A DNA stretch of 45,453 nucleotides from Nitrospinota bacterium (GTDB lineage Bacteria > Nitrospinota > Nitrospinia > Nitrospinales > JACRGP01). The notes beneath the pieces are model-generated. The model was not told the DNA's origin and made no database searches. It worked only from the letters and a program-made list of their open reading frames with translations. Position numbers and translations under genes: made by a program. Each line of letters begins with the position of its first letter. Positions within the stretch are counted from its first letter, which is position 1. Location: contig JACRGP010000110.1 in assembly GCA_016217765.1 (NCBI GenBank), positions 1-45,453 of the forward strand. The letters are read 5' to 3'. Below, piece by piece: positions 1 through 8,261 of the stretch.

Positions 1-34
1 GGAGGGAGTTATGGGGCTTCATTTTGTTAGGCGC
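1..34 (-). repeat. Partial copy of family-2 MITE/REP-like element (cut by window edge)
   Basis: Reverse complement GCGCCTAACAAAATGAAGCCCCATAACTCCCTCC closely matches 45270-45304 (GCGCCTAACAAAATGAAGTCCCCGCAACTTCCTCC). Confidence 0.75.
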
Positions 35-156
35 CCTTTAAAGTGAAAGAAAGATGAAAACTAGCATACCCCATAAAAAACTGCAATCGGTTTCCCCCTT
101 GACGCTAGCGGACTTCGGGCGGGTCCGCCGTAATTTCTCCGGCCGGGTTTGAATCC

Positions 157-534
157 ATGATCGCGCCAAACGGCTCCGCCGTGCAAACCGGCCCGGCGGT
201 GGGGAAAAAGTTCCGCCAGGCCGGATACGGCTTTTTCGCCTTGAATATGGTTTACCTGGTCCTGGTCTACGCGTTTCTGCCGCCGTTTAATCTGGGCGCG
301 AAGGGTTTTGTCTACGCCGGGGCGTACGTCCTGTTCATGGCGGCGCTGGCGTATTTCGTCTACCGGGGGTTTAGAAAATTGACCCTGATCTTGGCCGTCA
401 TCTATGGCCTGCGCTCGGTCGTCTCCGTATATACAATGATTAGGGGCGAAGCGTTCATGGCGGTCCCATACGTACTCCCCTGCCTGATCATTACGTTTTA
501 CGTTCTTGCCCGGGCCGTGTGGGAATGGCCGTGA
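157..534 (+). CDS. Hypothetical integral membrane protein (about 4 TM helices)
   Basis: 125-aa ORF with four hydrophobic segments, 51 bp upstream of hutH on the same strand. Start codon uncertain. Confidence 0.7.
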   Translation: MIAPNGSAVQTGPAVGKKFRQAGYGFFALNMVYLVLVYAFLPPFNLGAKGFVYAGAYVLFMAALAYFVYRGFRKLTLILAVIYGLRSVVSVYTMIRGEAFMAVPYVLPCLIITFYVLARAVWEWP

Positions 535-585
535 TGTTTCTCCAGGTGGCCGGTTCCAGGCGCTTATTGAATTCGAGATGAAATC

Positions 586-2112
586 ATGAAGACGGTCGTA
601 TTGGACGGCGAGACGCTCACCCTGGAAAAAGCCATGTCGGCGCTGGACCCATCCGTTGCCGTCAAGATATCCCCGCAGGCCAGAAAAAACATCCGCGCCG
701 CGCGTTCGACGGTCGAGGCCGCCGCGCGCGAAAAGAAAGTTGTCTACGGCATCACCACGGGGTTTGGCGCGTTCAGCAACGTGGTCATCTCCCGTTCGCG
801 GTGCCAGGAGCTACAGAAAAACGTGGTCATGAGCCACGCCGCCGGGGTCGGCGAGCCGTTGCCGGACGAGATCGTCCGCCTCGTCATGCTCCTGATGGCC
901 AACGGCAAGGCCAAGGGGTATTCCGGTCTGCGGTGGTCCACCCTGCAAGTCCTTCTCAGCCTGATCGAAAAGGAGGTCTACCCCTACGTCCCCGAGAAGG
1001 GTTCCGTGGGGGCGAGCGGCGACCTCGCGCCGCTGGCGCACCTGGCCTTGACGCTGATCGGAAAGGGCAAGGCCCGTTACCGGGGACGGTGGATGTCCGG
1101 AGCGCGCGCCCTGCGTCTCGCGAAGATCCAACCCGTAACCTTGGCGGAGGGCGAAGGGCTGGCCCTGATCAACGGTACGCACGTCATGACCGCCATCGGC
1201 GCGTGGACGGTCCACCGCGCCCTGCGGCTGGCGAAGACCTGCGATATCGCCGCGTCGATGAGCCTGGAGGTCCTCCTGGGGACGAACACCCAGTTGCACA
1301 AGCGCATCCACCGCGTCCGCCCCCACCCGGGGCAGTCGGAGTCCGCGGCCAACATACGCCTGATCACCGACGGGAGCGAGATCATCTCCTCGCACAAGGA
1401 CTGCGACCGCGTACAGGACGCCTACTCGCTCCGTTGCTCGCCGCAGGTCCACGGCGCCAGCAGGGACGCGTTGCGGTTTGTCAAACAGACGATAGAGACG
1501 GAGATGAACTCCGCCACGGAGAACCCCCTGGTTTTTCCGGACGGGCAAATTTTTTCCGGCGGGAACTTCCACGGCCAGCCCGTGGCGCTGGCCATGGATT
1601 ACCTGGCCATCGCCCTGGCGGAGCTGGCGAACATCTCCGAGCGGCGGACCGAACGCATGGTCAACCCCAACCTCAGCGGCCTGCCGTCGTTCCTCATCGA
1701 GGGCGGCGGCGTGAACTCCGGGTTCATGATCGCCCAGTACACCGCCGCCGCGCTGGTTTCCGAGAACAAGGTCCTGGCGCATCCCGCCTCGGTGGACTCC
1801 ATCCCCACCTCGGCGAACAAGGAGGACCACGTGAGCATGGGGACCATCGCCGCCCGGAAAGCCCGGCAAGTCCTGGGCAACGCCAAATACGTATTGGCCA
1901 TAGAGTTGTTGTGCGGCGCCCAGGCGCTCGACCTGTTCACCAACCTCAAGCCGGGAAAAGGCACGATGGCCGCGTACCAGGTCCTGCGCCAACACGTTTC
2001 GCATCTGGAGCGCGACCGCGAACTGGCGCCCGACATCGAGACCGTCGCGGGCCTGATCGACAGCGGCGCCATCCTAGACGCCGTCGAGCGGGCGGCGGGG
2101 CCGTTGCATTAG
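586..2112 (+). CDS. hutH: Histidine ammonia-lyase
   Basis: YGITTGFG, GSVGASGDLAPLAH (MIO-forming ASG), VQDAYSLRC, GGNFHG, NKEDHVSMG; the SH pair in VMSHAAG is typical of HAL. Confidence 0.95.
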   Translation: MKTVVLDGETLTLEKAMSALDPSVAVKISPQARKNIRAARSTVEAAAREKKVVYGITTGFGAFSNVVISRSRCQELQKNVVMSHAAGVGEPLPDEIVRLVMLLMANGKAKGYSGLRWSTLQVLLSLIEKEVYPYVPEKGSVGASGDLAPLAHLALTLIGKGKARYRGRWMSGARALRLAKIQPVTLAEGEGLALINGTHVMTAIGAWTVHRALRLAKTCDIAASMSLEVLLGTNTQLHKRIHRVRPHPGQSESAANIRLITDGSEIISSHKDCDRVQDAYSLRCSPQVHGASRDALRFVKQTIETEMNSATENPLVFPDGQIFSGGNFHGQPVALAMDYLAIALAELANISERRTERMVNPNLSGLPSFLIEGGGVNSGFMIAQYTAAALVSENKVLAHPASVDSIPTSANKEDHVSMGTIAARKARQVLGNAKYVLAIELLCGAQALDLFTNLKPGKGTMAAYQVLRQHVSHLERDRELAPDIETVAGLIDSGAILDAVERAAGPLH

Positions 2113-2113
2113 G

Positions 2114-2421
2114 CCGGATATTGCATGACGAAAAGACTGGAATTTCTCCCCCTTGTAAAGGGGGCCGGGGGGATTCGCGCTACTCGCCGTAGGGGCGGCA
2201 TGGCTCTGCCCGGATTGCCCTCGATGATACCTTGGGCGCGGTTCAAGCCTTGCACGCTGGATCCAGCGGCACGCTGGCGAGCGAAAACTTCAAATCCCCC
2301 TATCCCCCTTTGCAAGGGGGGACAAAACAAAAGCGCTTTTTGCGCCGGGTATTTTTCGTCTCCAGGAGACCGGCAAGCGCCGTTCCCAAAACCCGAAGCG
2401 CCGCCATGGATCATTCCGGGG
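2114..2421 (+). mobile_element. Family-1 non-autonomous MITE/REP-doublet element, copy A
   Basis: Starts CCGGATATTGCATGA just after the hutH stop. Carries inverted REP-like hairpins CCCCCTTGTAAAGGGGG and CCCCCTTTGCAAGGGGG. Strongly similar to 44976-45205 (same strand) and 21319-21499 (inverted). Confidence 0.8.
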
Positions 2422-2432
2422 TAGGCCAGATA

Positions 2433-2594
2433 GCGCTTGAGTAAAATCAAAAGGAACATCTTGTCACCCTCTCCCTTGACGGGGGAGGTCAGGTGGGGGT
2501 GAAAAGCCGATCTCACCCTCCCCCAGCCCCCTCCCTCAAGGGAGGGGAGTGATTTGAGCGTCGAGTTAATCGGTTCATTTTGTCAGACGTTCTC
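2433..2594 (+). repeat. Family-2 MITE/REP-like element (CCCTCTCCC...GGGGAGG doublet)
   Basis: Two inverted hairpin units (CCCTCTCCCTTGACGGGGGAGG and CCCCCTCCCTCAAGGGAGGGG). Imperfect terminal inverted repeats GCGCTTGAGTAAAATCAA and TTCATTTTGTCAGACG. GGGGGTGAAAAGCCG is shared with the 45270-45341 copy. Confidence 0.7.
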
Positions 2595-2629
2595 AGTCCG
2601 TTACTACGCCGCGAAAGCTTGCTGAAACC

Positions 2630-3754
2630 ATGAACGATTCGCATTCCTCCTTCATCACGCAATCAACCGGCCGACTGCCCCTCGTGATCGACCGGGACTA
2701 CCTGGGTTTGAAAAGGTCCAACTCGCCGGAACTGGCCCGGCGCGTCCGGGACGTGTTCGAGCGCCTGAACGCCCTCGTCGGGTTTCCCGACTCGGCGCAA
2801 GGAAGGGAATCCCAGCGGATTTTCAACTCCGTCCTGCGCTACGCCTATTCCGAAACGTTGATCGACCTGGCCGACATGATCTACGTACAGCACGAACGTC
2901 CCATGGTCTTCCTCCACTTCGACCACATCAACGCCAACCTTCTCGGCGAACGGCACATCGACCCCGCGTCCCTGGAAAACCTGAACCGGCAAATGGAGTC
3001 CCTTTTTCGCGAACTGGCGCAAACGGTCCGTAGCGCCTCTCATATATGCGGCGACGCCGAGGTTGTCCGGCTCCTCGGCGAGGGCTATGCGCGGTATATC
3101 TACGAAACGGGGAACTTCCCCTGGGAGGAACCCCTGCACGACGCCATCGAGACCGGCGGCCAACCCGTCCTCGACGTCGCCACCGGCCTGGCGGGCTTCA
3201 GCCTGGTCCATGCATGGCCGGAGAGCTTTCCGAAACTGGTTTTGACGGACCGGATGCCCTTCATCGTGGAAGGGCTTTCGTTTTACAAGGAGCTGGCGGG
3301 AAAGCGCAACGTGGAGATCGTCGCCTACGATTTCTCCGGCGGGAAATTTCCGGAGCCGGCGTTCGGGCGCGTCTGGGCCAACAAGTTTCTGCACCACCTG
3401 CGCCGGGTCAACCGCGCGCAGTTTCTGCGCTGGGCGTCCGAACGGCTCGGGCCCGGAGGAAAACTCAGCGTCGTCGACACCGACCTGGAATACCGGATTT
3501 TGCGGAAAGCGGCGACCGACCCCGCCTTCAAGGAAAAACTGATCCCCGGCTACCTCGACACGCTCGTGGAGATCGAAAGAGACTTTTGCAAGAACCTGGT
3601 GGAGGACATCGTCCAGAGCGGGCTCCAGGTGACGGGGTTCGACTACAACGAATACCTGGACGAAACCGACGCCTACAGCCAGTTCCCCGGCGACGTCTTG
3701 CCGATCCGCTTCATCGGCGTGGAAATCACGGCGGAGAAAACCCAATCCCTATAG
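2630..3754 (+). CDS. Class I SAM-dependent methyltransferase with an uncharacterised N-terminal domain
   Basis: VLDVATGLAG (motif I), VLTD, FLHHL and LGPGGKLSVVD in the C-terminal half. Confidence 0.75.
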   Translation: MNDSHSSFITQSTGRLPLVIDRDYLGLKRSNSPELARRVRDVFERLNALVGFPDSAQGRESQRIFNSVLRYAYSETLIDLADMIYVQHERPMVFLHFDHINANLLGERHIDPASLENLNRQMESLFRELAQTVRSASHICGDAEVVRLLGEGYARYIYETGNFPWEEPLHDAIETGGQPVLDVATGLAGFSLVHAWPESFPKLVLTDRMPFIVEGLSFYKELAGKRNVEIVAYDFSGGKFPEPAFGRVWANKFLHHLRRVNRAQFLRWASERLGPGGKLSVVDTDLEYRILRKAATDPAFKEKLIPGYLDTLVEIERDFCKNLVEDIVQSGLQVTGFDYNEYLDETDAYSQFPGDVLPIRFIGVEITAEKTQSL

Positions 3755-3836
3755 GAATCCACTCCTCTTGAGACTTCCATGAACATAGCGCGAGTCGTTT
3801 GGATGGAAAAAAGTCGGAAAGAGGTCATACGGAGAA

Positions 3837-4523
3837 TTATTTGAAAAGAGTTGTTTGTTGATACTTTGCGGTCCTGGTTCTGGACTGGCTGTGGTTCGTA
3901 TATGTATCCCATTTCGGAAAATAATCCTCGGTTTCATTTCCCCAAGCGTCCCACCCCGGGCGTCGTCCCCGCGCGAAAAGTTCCAAAAACGGCCCCGGAC
4001 TGCATTGCTCAATAACATCGTAAAGCTCGTCCGGTTTCCGCGAATGTTCGCGCTTCATCGTTTTGATGATATTGACCTGCCTTCTGCCTGGCGATAACGT
4101 CCTAAGATTGCCCTTTATGCCGAATAGAATCAATTCCGTCACGTTGCGGAAATAAAAGCCCACGCCCCTTCCGTCGGGGCCGCCGTCTTTTCTGATTTTA
4201 TGCCAGACCATGTTGGTTTTATACGCAAACCCCCAAGCCTCCATCACGGCCAATCCTTCTTTTAAAAGGGCATTTGGAACCCAGAGATACAGATGGCTGT
4301 TTTCCGCTACCGCAAGACCGACGGGAATTTCTTTAATCTCTTTCAATGCTAGAGTAGCGTATCTGTTCAACCTTTTATGCTCGGGGGCCATTTTCCCCGT
4401 ACGGTTTTGAAACATCCACGGCGGGTCGGCAAGGACGGTTTTATATTTCTTGCCACTAATAGCCTTTGCAAAATCTTGCGCCACCGGGTCTTTCATGCTT
4501 ATTATTTTAGCATTTTTCGTCAT
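3837..4523 (-). CDS. MT-A70 family N6-adenine DNA methyltransferase
   Basis: ADPPW, LYLWV, WGF, TELILFG, EHSRKP, LELFAR motifs. Start is ATG 4523 (overlapping the endonuclease end) or ATG 4496. Confidence 0.9.
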   Translation of the reverse strand: MTKNAKIISMKDPVAQDFAKAISGKKYKTVLADPPWMFQNRTGKMAPEHKRLNRYATLALKEIKEIPVGLAVAENSHLYLWVPNALLKEGLAVMEAWGFAYKTNMVWHKIRKDGGPDGRGVGFYFRNVTELILFGIKGNLRTLSPGRRQVNIIKTMKREHSRKPDELYDVIEQCSPGPFLELFARGRRPGWDAWGNETEDYFPKWDTYTNHSQSRTRTAKYQQTTLFK

Positions 4524-5098
4524 ACGATTTTTTGGAAATCCCGAATACGAGGATCGGGCAACCGGCCCCGCCGCCGCCTTCAATCCGCGGAAGCAGTTTC
4601 GACATGTGCGTTGTGGAGGCGCCGTAAGACGATCCCCGTCCTAGATCGACAAAGATATCCTGAAGATCGTCACAGCGGGTAATTATTATGCCGATGCTGA
4701 TAGCGCGCAGGTCAAAGAGCAGACGGAAATTGTTCAAATCCCTGTCAAAGAAAGGGTCTTTGTTATTCCACTCAATTTCCAAGGCTACGCGATTTTTGTA
4801 GCAGTCAACCTTAGTGTGTGGGAGAATCCATCGCCTTGTCATCGACGTGAACAGACGTGGAAAACTCTTTTTCGACCCAACCGCGTTTTTCCAGAAATTC
4901 GTCGATAGCGTGTGCCACCTTCGATTTGCTTCCGCCACCTTCCGAAATCCAGCTTTTGCAAAACCGGAACTGCTCAAGCAAATCGATAACGTCTTTCCAT
5001 TCCAAGGGAAAATCATTTTTCAGAATTGCGCAAGCATGTTTCCATTCGCGAACCTCATATTTCTCTAGAATGGATTTTGGTAATAACTCGGTTCCCAT
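4507..5098 (-). pseudogene. BglII/BstYI-family type II restriction endonuclease, frameshifted
   Basis: Two overlapping frames: 5098-4811 ends DSPTH-stop; the next frame continues KVDCYKNRVALEIEWNNKDPFFDRDL (D...ExE catalytic motif). Removing one base at 4813/4814 restores a single ORF of about 196 aa. Confidence 0.85.
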
Positions 5099-5249
5099 GA
5101 CCGGGCAATTTTAATAAAACAGAAATGAGATGTAAATGGAATAAAAAAACGGTTTAATCGAAATGATTATTTACCTGGTAGTTGAAGTCCTTGGGAAACA
5201 GGTTGCCGTTTTCTTGCCGATTGCCCATTCGACTTGCGCCTGGCTCTGT

Positions 5250-6248
5250 TCACCGATAAATCACGTAGGCGAAGAAGGCGGCGTAGAACAGGCCGCCGAG
5301 GGCGAAGACCCCGTAGGGGAGCCGGTTTTTCTTGCCGAGGAACAGCAGGATGCAGATGGACGAGGCCAGGGTGATCGCGATGCTGACATGCTCCACCGTC
5401 CCCAATTTCCATTCGGTCAGCAGGATGCCGACGATGGGGATAACGGACGACTGGAACACCATGGCCCCGGTGATGTTGCCCACCGCCAGGGTGTCCTTCC
5501 TCACTTTCAGCCAGATGACGGAATTGAGTTTTTCCGGAAGCTCCGTGGCCAGGGGCGCGATGATCAGGGCCAGGACCATCGCGGAGACGGCGAAATGGGC
5601 GGCGATGCTCTCCACCTGGTTCACGAACACCTTGGCGCCCAGGATCATCAGGGCGAGGGCGGCGAACACTTGAACGGCCACCAGGGCCATATTGGGGTTG
5701 TCGTTCTTTTTCGCGATGTACAGCGGGGCGAGGTCTTCGACGCCTTCTCCCGGATGTTTCAGGGTCTGATACACATAAACCGCGTAAATGCCCGCCAGCG
5801 CCAGGGCGACCAGCCACTTGAGCGCGGCCGATTGCAAAAACGAAGCGGACACCGCGACGGAAAAGGCGACGAGAAAAAAGACCAGGTCCCGTCTCATGTG
5901 CGGGTTATTGATCTCCGCCGCCGGCGAGTCCCGCCGGCCCATTTTATGGAACGTGAATATGGACGCGCCCACCACGGCCATGGCGATGGTGGACAGCATC
6001 AACGGCGCGCCGAGGATGGCGCCCGTGCTGATCTCGTGCCCCAGCGTCTTGTCGCGCGCCAGGAATATGGCGAGGATGGGGATGATGGTTTCCGGGAGCG
6101 CGGTGCCGATGGCCGCCAGGATACTGCCCACCGCCCCTTGCGTCAGGTTCAATTTATCGCCCAGCCACTCGACGCCGTTGGTGAACAGCTCCGCCGCCAG
6201 GAGGATCAGGACGAAGGACGCTATGAGGAGGATGAAGGTAAGAGTCAA
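5250..6248 (-). CDS. CaCA family cation:calcium antiporter (YrbG-like)
   Basis: Two alpha repeats, GTALPE and ATELPE...GNITG, and about 10 TM helices. Confidence 0.9.
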   Translation of the reverse strand: MTLTFILLIASFVLILLAAELFTNGVEWLGDKLNLTQGAVGSILAAIGTALPETIIPILAIFLARDKTLGHEISTGAILGAPLMLSTIAMAVVGASIFTFHKMGRRDSPAAEINNPHMRRDLVFFLVAFSVAVSASFLQSAALKWLVALALAGIYAVYVYQTLKHPGEGVEDLAPLYIAKKNDNPNMALVAVQVFAALALMILGAKVFVNQVESIAAHFAVSAMVLALIIAPLATELPEKLNSVIWLKVRKDTLAVGNITGAMVFQSSVIPIVGILLTEWKLGTVEHVSIAITLASSICILLFLGKKNRLPYGVFALGGLFYAAFFAYVIYR

Positions 6249-6278
6249 GAGATTATTCCTTTACCGGGAAATGGGCCG

Positions 6279-6653
6279 CTATTTTAAAGCGTCCGGTTTT
6301 TGTTTGAGCGTTTTTTGGATTTGTTCCCACTCCGCGCGGGAGGCGTCCTTCGCCCTCGCTTCCATGGCGCGGTAGAGTTCCGCGACTCGCAGGCCCATGC
6401 CGGACAAGCGGGCGCCGCCGCCTCTTTTCCCTCCCGCGGCGCAGGTCACGAGATGTTCCTTGAAGCAACGGTTCATCGTATCGACCATGGACCAGGCCCG
6501 GCGGTAGCTGAGGCCCATGTCGCGCGCGGCGGAGGAAATCGAGCCGCTACGCTGGATGGCCTCCAGCAGGTCGATCTTGCCCGGGCCCAGGGCGATCTCC
6601 TTTCCCACCATGATCCTGATCCGGGGCTTGCAAGCGATTTGCGGGTTTTTCAT
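6279..6653 (-). CDS. Stand-alone ModE N-terminal winged-helix regulator
   Basis: LGPGKIDLLEAI..GSISSAARDMGLSYRRAW...GGKRGGGARL; no molybdate-binding TOBE domain. Start re-assigned to ATG 6653. Confidence 0.85.
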   Translation of the reverse strand: MKNPQIACKPRIRIMVGKEIALGPGKIDLLEAIQRSGSISSAARDMGLSYRRAWSMVDTMNRCFKEHLVTCAAGGKRGGGARLSGMGLRVAELYRAMEARAKDASRAEWEQIQKTLKQKPDALK

Positions 6654-6678
6654 ATTCGCGCGCCGAAACCGGTCCGCG

Positions 6679-7530
6679 TCACGGTTTCTTGCCGTTGACG
6701 CGGACGACCCCCACCACGTTGGGCACGGGCCAGGAGATGGCGTTGTTGTCGTTCTCGTTGGACCCCGTCGAATAACTTCCCAGAAACTCGAACTCCTTGT
6801 CTCCGGACCGCGCGTAAAGCTGGGCGACGGGGCCGCCTTCGACATACATGGCGTTCCTGAGGTCGATCGAAAGCTGGAGCAGGACGTCGATCAGGTCGTG
6901 GGTCGAGTGGGGGGAGCGGGAGTGAATGAACAGGACCCGCCCCCGCTTGTCCATCCCGATCGCCGCGACGCTCCATTTCTTGGACTGCGGGGCCCACACG
7001 TTCTGGCCGTCGCAAGAGACCATGCGGATGCTCTGGACCAGCGTCTGGTATTGCTTGTTCAGCGCGTCGAAATCCTGGCATTCCCGGTCGATGATTTGCA
7101 CCTTCGGCAGAGAGGGGTCCAGGGGGTCGAACGCCAGGATGGTTTTGTCCTTGGACAGCCTGCGGTTGTTGACGTGGTCGCGCGTCCTCATGAGCGACGC
7201 GCTGGTCCTGTTATCGGCTTGGTAAAGGCTGGCGTTGATGGCGGCGACCAGCCCGTTGTTGAGGGCCCATTCCCGGGCGGACTGTCTTCTGGACTGGTCC
7301 GGGGCGGAGGCGTTGAGGAGCCGCAGTTCGAAATACCCCGGGTCGATCCGCAGAATATGGACCAGAGAGTCGCCCACCTCCGACGGCTGGGGGGAGACAA
7401 AGGTCCCCAGTTCCAAACCCTTTTCCAGTTGGAGCCAGGGGGCCTTGGCATCGGCCTGAGGCTCGACGACTGCCGCGACGGCCAGGACGAGCGCCAGGAG
7501 AAAGCTGAATTTGAAATGGCGTGGCGTCAT
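6679..7530 (-). CDS. Exported phosphodiester-glycosidase (NAGPA/DUF2233-like) family protein
   Basis: Signal peptide, AAINAS, AIGMDKRG, AMYVEGG and VPNVVG resemble this family's motifs in divergent form. Confidence 0.65.
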   Translation of the reverse strand: MTPRHFKFSFLLALVLAVAAVVEPQADAKAPWLQLEKGLELGTFVSPQPSEVGDSLVHILRIDPGYFELRLLNASAPDQSRRQSAREWALNNGLVAAINASLYQADNRTSASLMRTRDHVNNRRLSKDKTILAFDPLDPSLPKVQIIDRECQDFDALNKQYQTLVQSIRMVSCDGQNVWAPQSKKWSVAAIGMDKRGRVLFIHSRSPHSTHDLIDVLLQLSIDLRNAMYVEGGPVAQLYARSGDKEFEFLGSYSTGSNENDNNAISWPVPNVVGVVRVNGKKP

Positions 7531-7816
7531 CTCTCCGGTTCTCTTTCAAGCTTGCGAGAGCGGAACGCGGTTTCGGGACCGCGCCGGGAATTTTCGTCCG
7601 GCCCGGAAAGGCCCAAAAGCAAGCTTCGCGGCGGAACCGGGAAGCCGATTCCCCGAGCGAAAAAAGGCATAACCTATCATCGCTCAATTATTTTATCAAT
7701 AGACAAGAAATGCAAATGTTTTTATACTGTCCGCGCTTCGGCAAAGACTTTGGCGATTATTGGGTCCTGGCTGAATTTCGGAAATCGAATAACGGCGAAT
7801 TCGTCGCCCCTTCAAA

Positions 7817-8206
7817 ATGGATAAAGCGAAACTTCCCCACAGAATCCTGGTCGTCGACGACCTCAATGTCATGAAGCGGTTGATGACCCAGTTTTTAAAC
7901 AACATGGGTTTTGAAAATGTCCTTCAGGCCGACAACGCCCGCGACGCTCTCGTGATCCTGAAATCGGAGAAGGTGGATTTGGTCATCTCGGACTGGATGA
8001 TGCCCGATGTGGACGGCTTGATGTTCTTGAAGGAAATCCGCAACGACGAGAAATTGAAGGACCTTCCGTTTTTGATGGTGACTCTTCTGGACCAGAAGGA
8101 AAACATCGTGAAGGCGGCGCAAGCCAGGGTTTCGGACTACCTCATCAAGCCCCTCAATTCCGAGGTCTTCCAGGCCAAGGTCAAGAAATTGCTCGGCCTG
8201 CCATAA
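7817..8206 (+). CDS. Single-domain CheY-like response regulator
   Basis: ILVVDD, LVISDWMMPDVDG, MVT, YLIKP: all catalytic receiver residues are present. Confidence 0.9.
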   Translation: MDKAKLPHRILVVDDLNVMKRLMTQFLNNMGFENVLQADNARDALVILKSEKVDLVISDWMMPDVDGLMFLKEIRNDEKLKDLPFLMVTLLDQKENIVKAAQARVSDYLIKPLNSEVFQAKVKKLLGLP

Positions 8207-8261
8207 TCCTTTCCCGAATAAGACCGGCGCGATTTTTCCCGCCTTCCTCGATCCCCCGCGA

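Noticed and set aside
2109-2516. ORFs 2109-2516, 2125-2424, 2232-2444 and their counterparts at 44938-45371
   Set aside because: They are translations of the non-coding repeat elements, with no protein-family motifs.
7670-7730. ModE operator upstream of the ModE-like unit
   Set aside because: AT-rich, but it does not match the CGxTATATA-N-TATATAxCG dyad.
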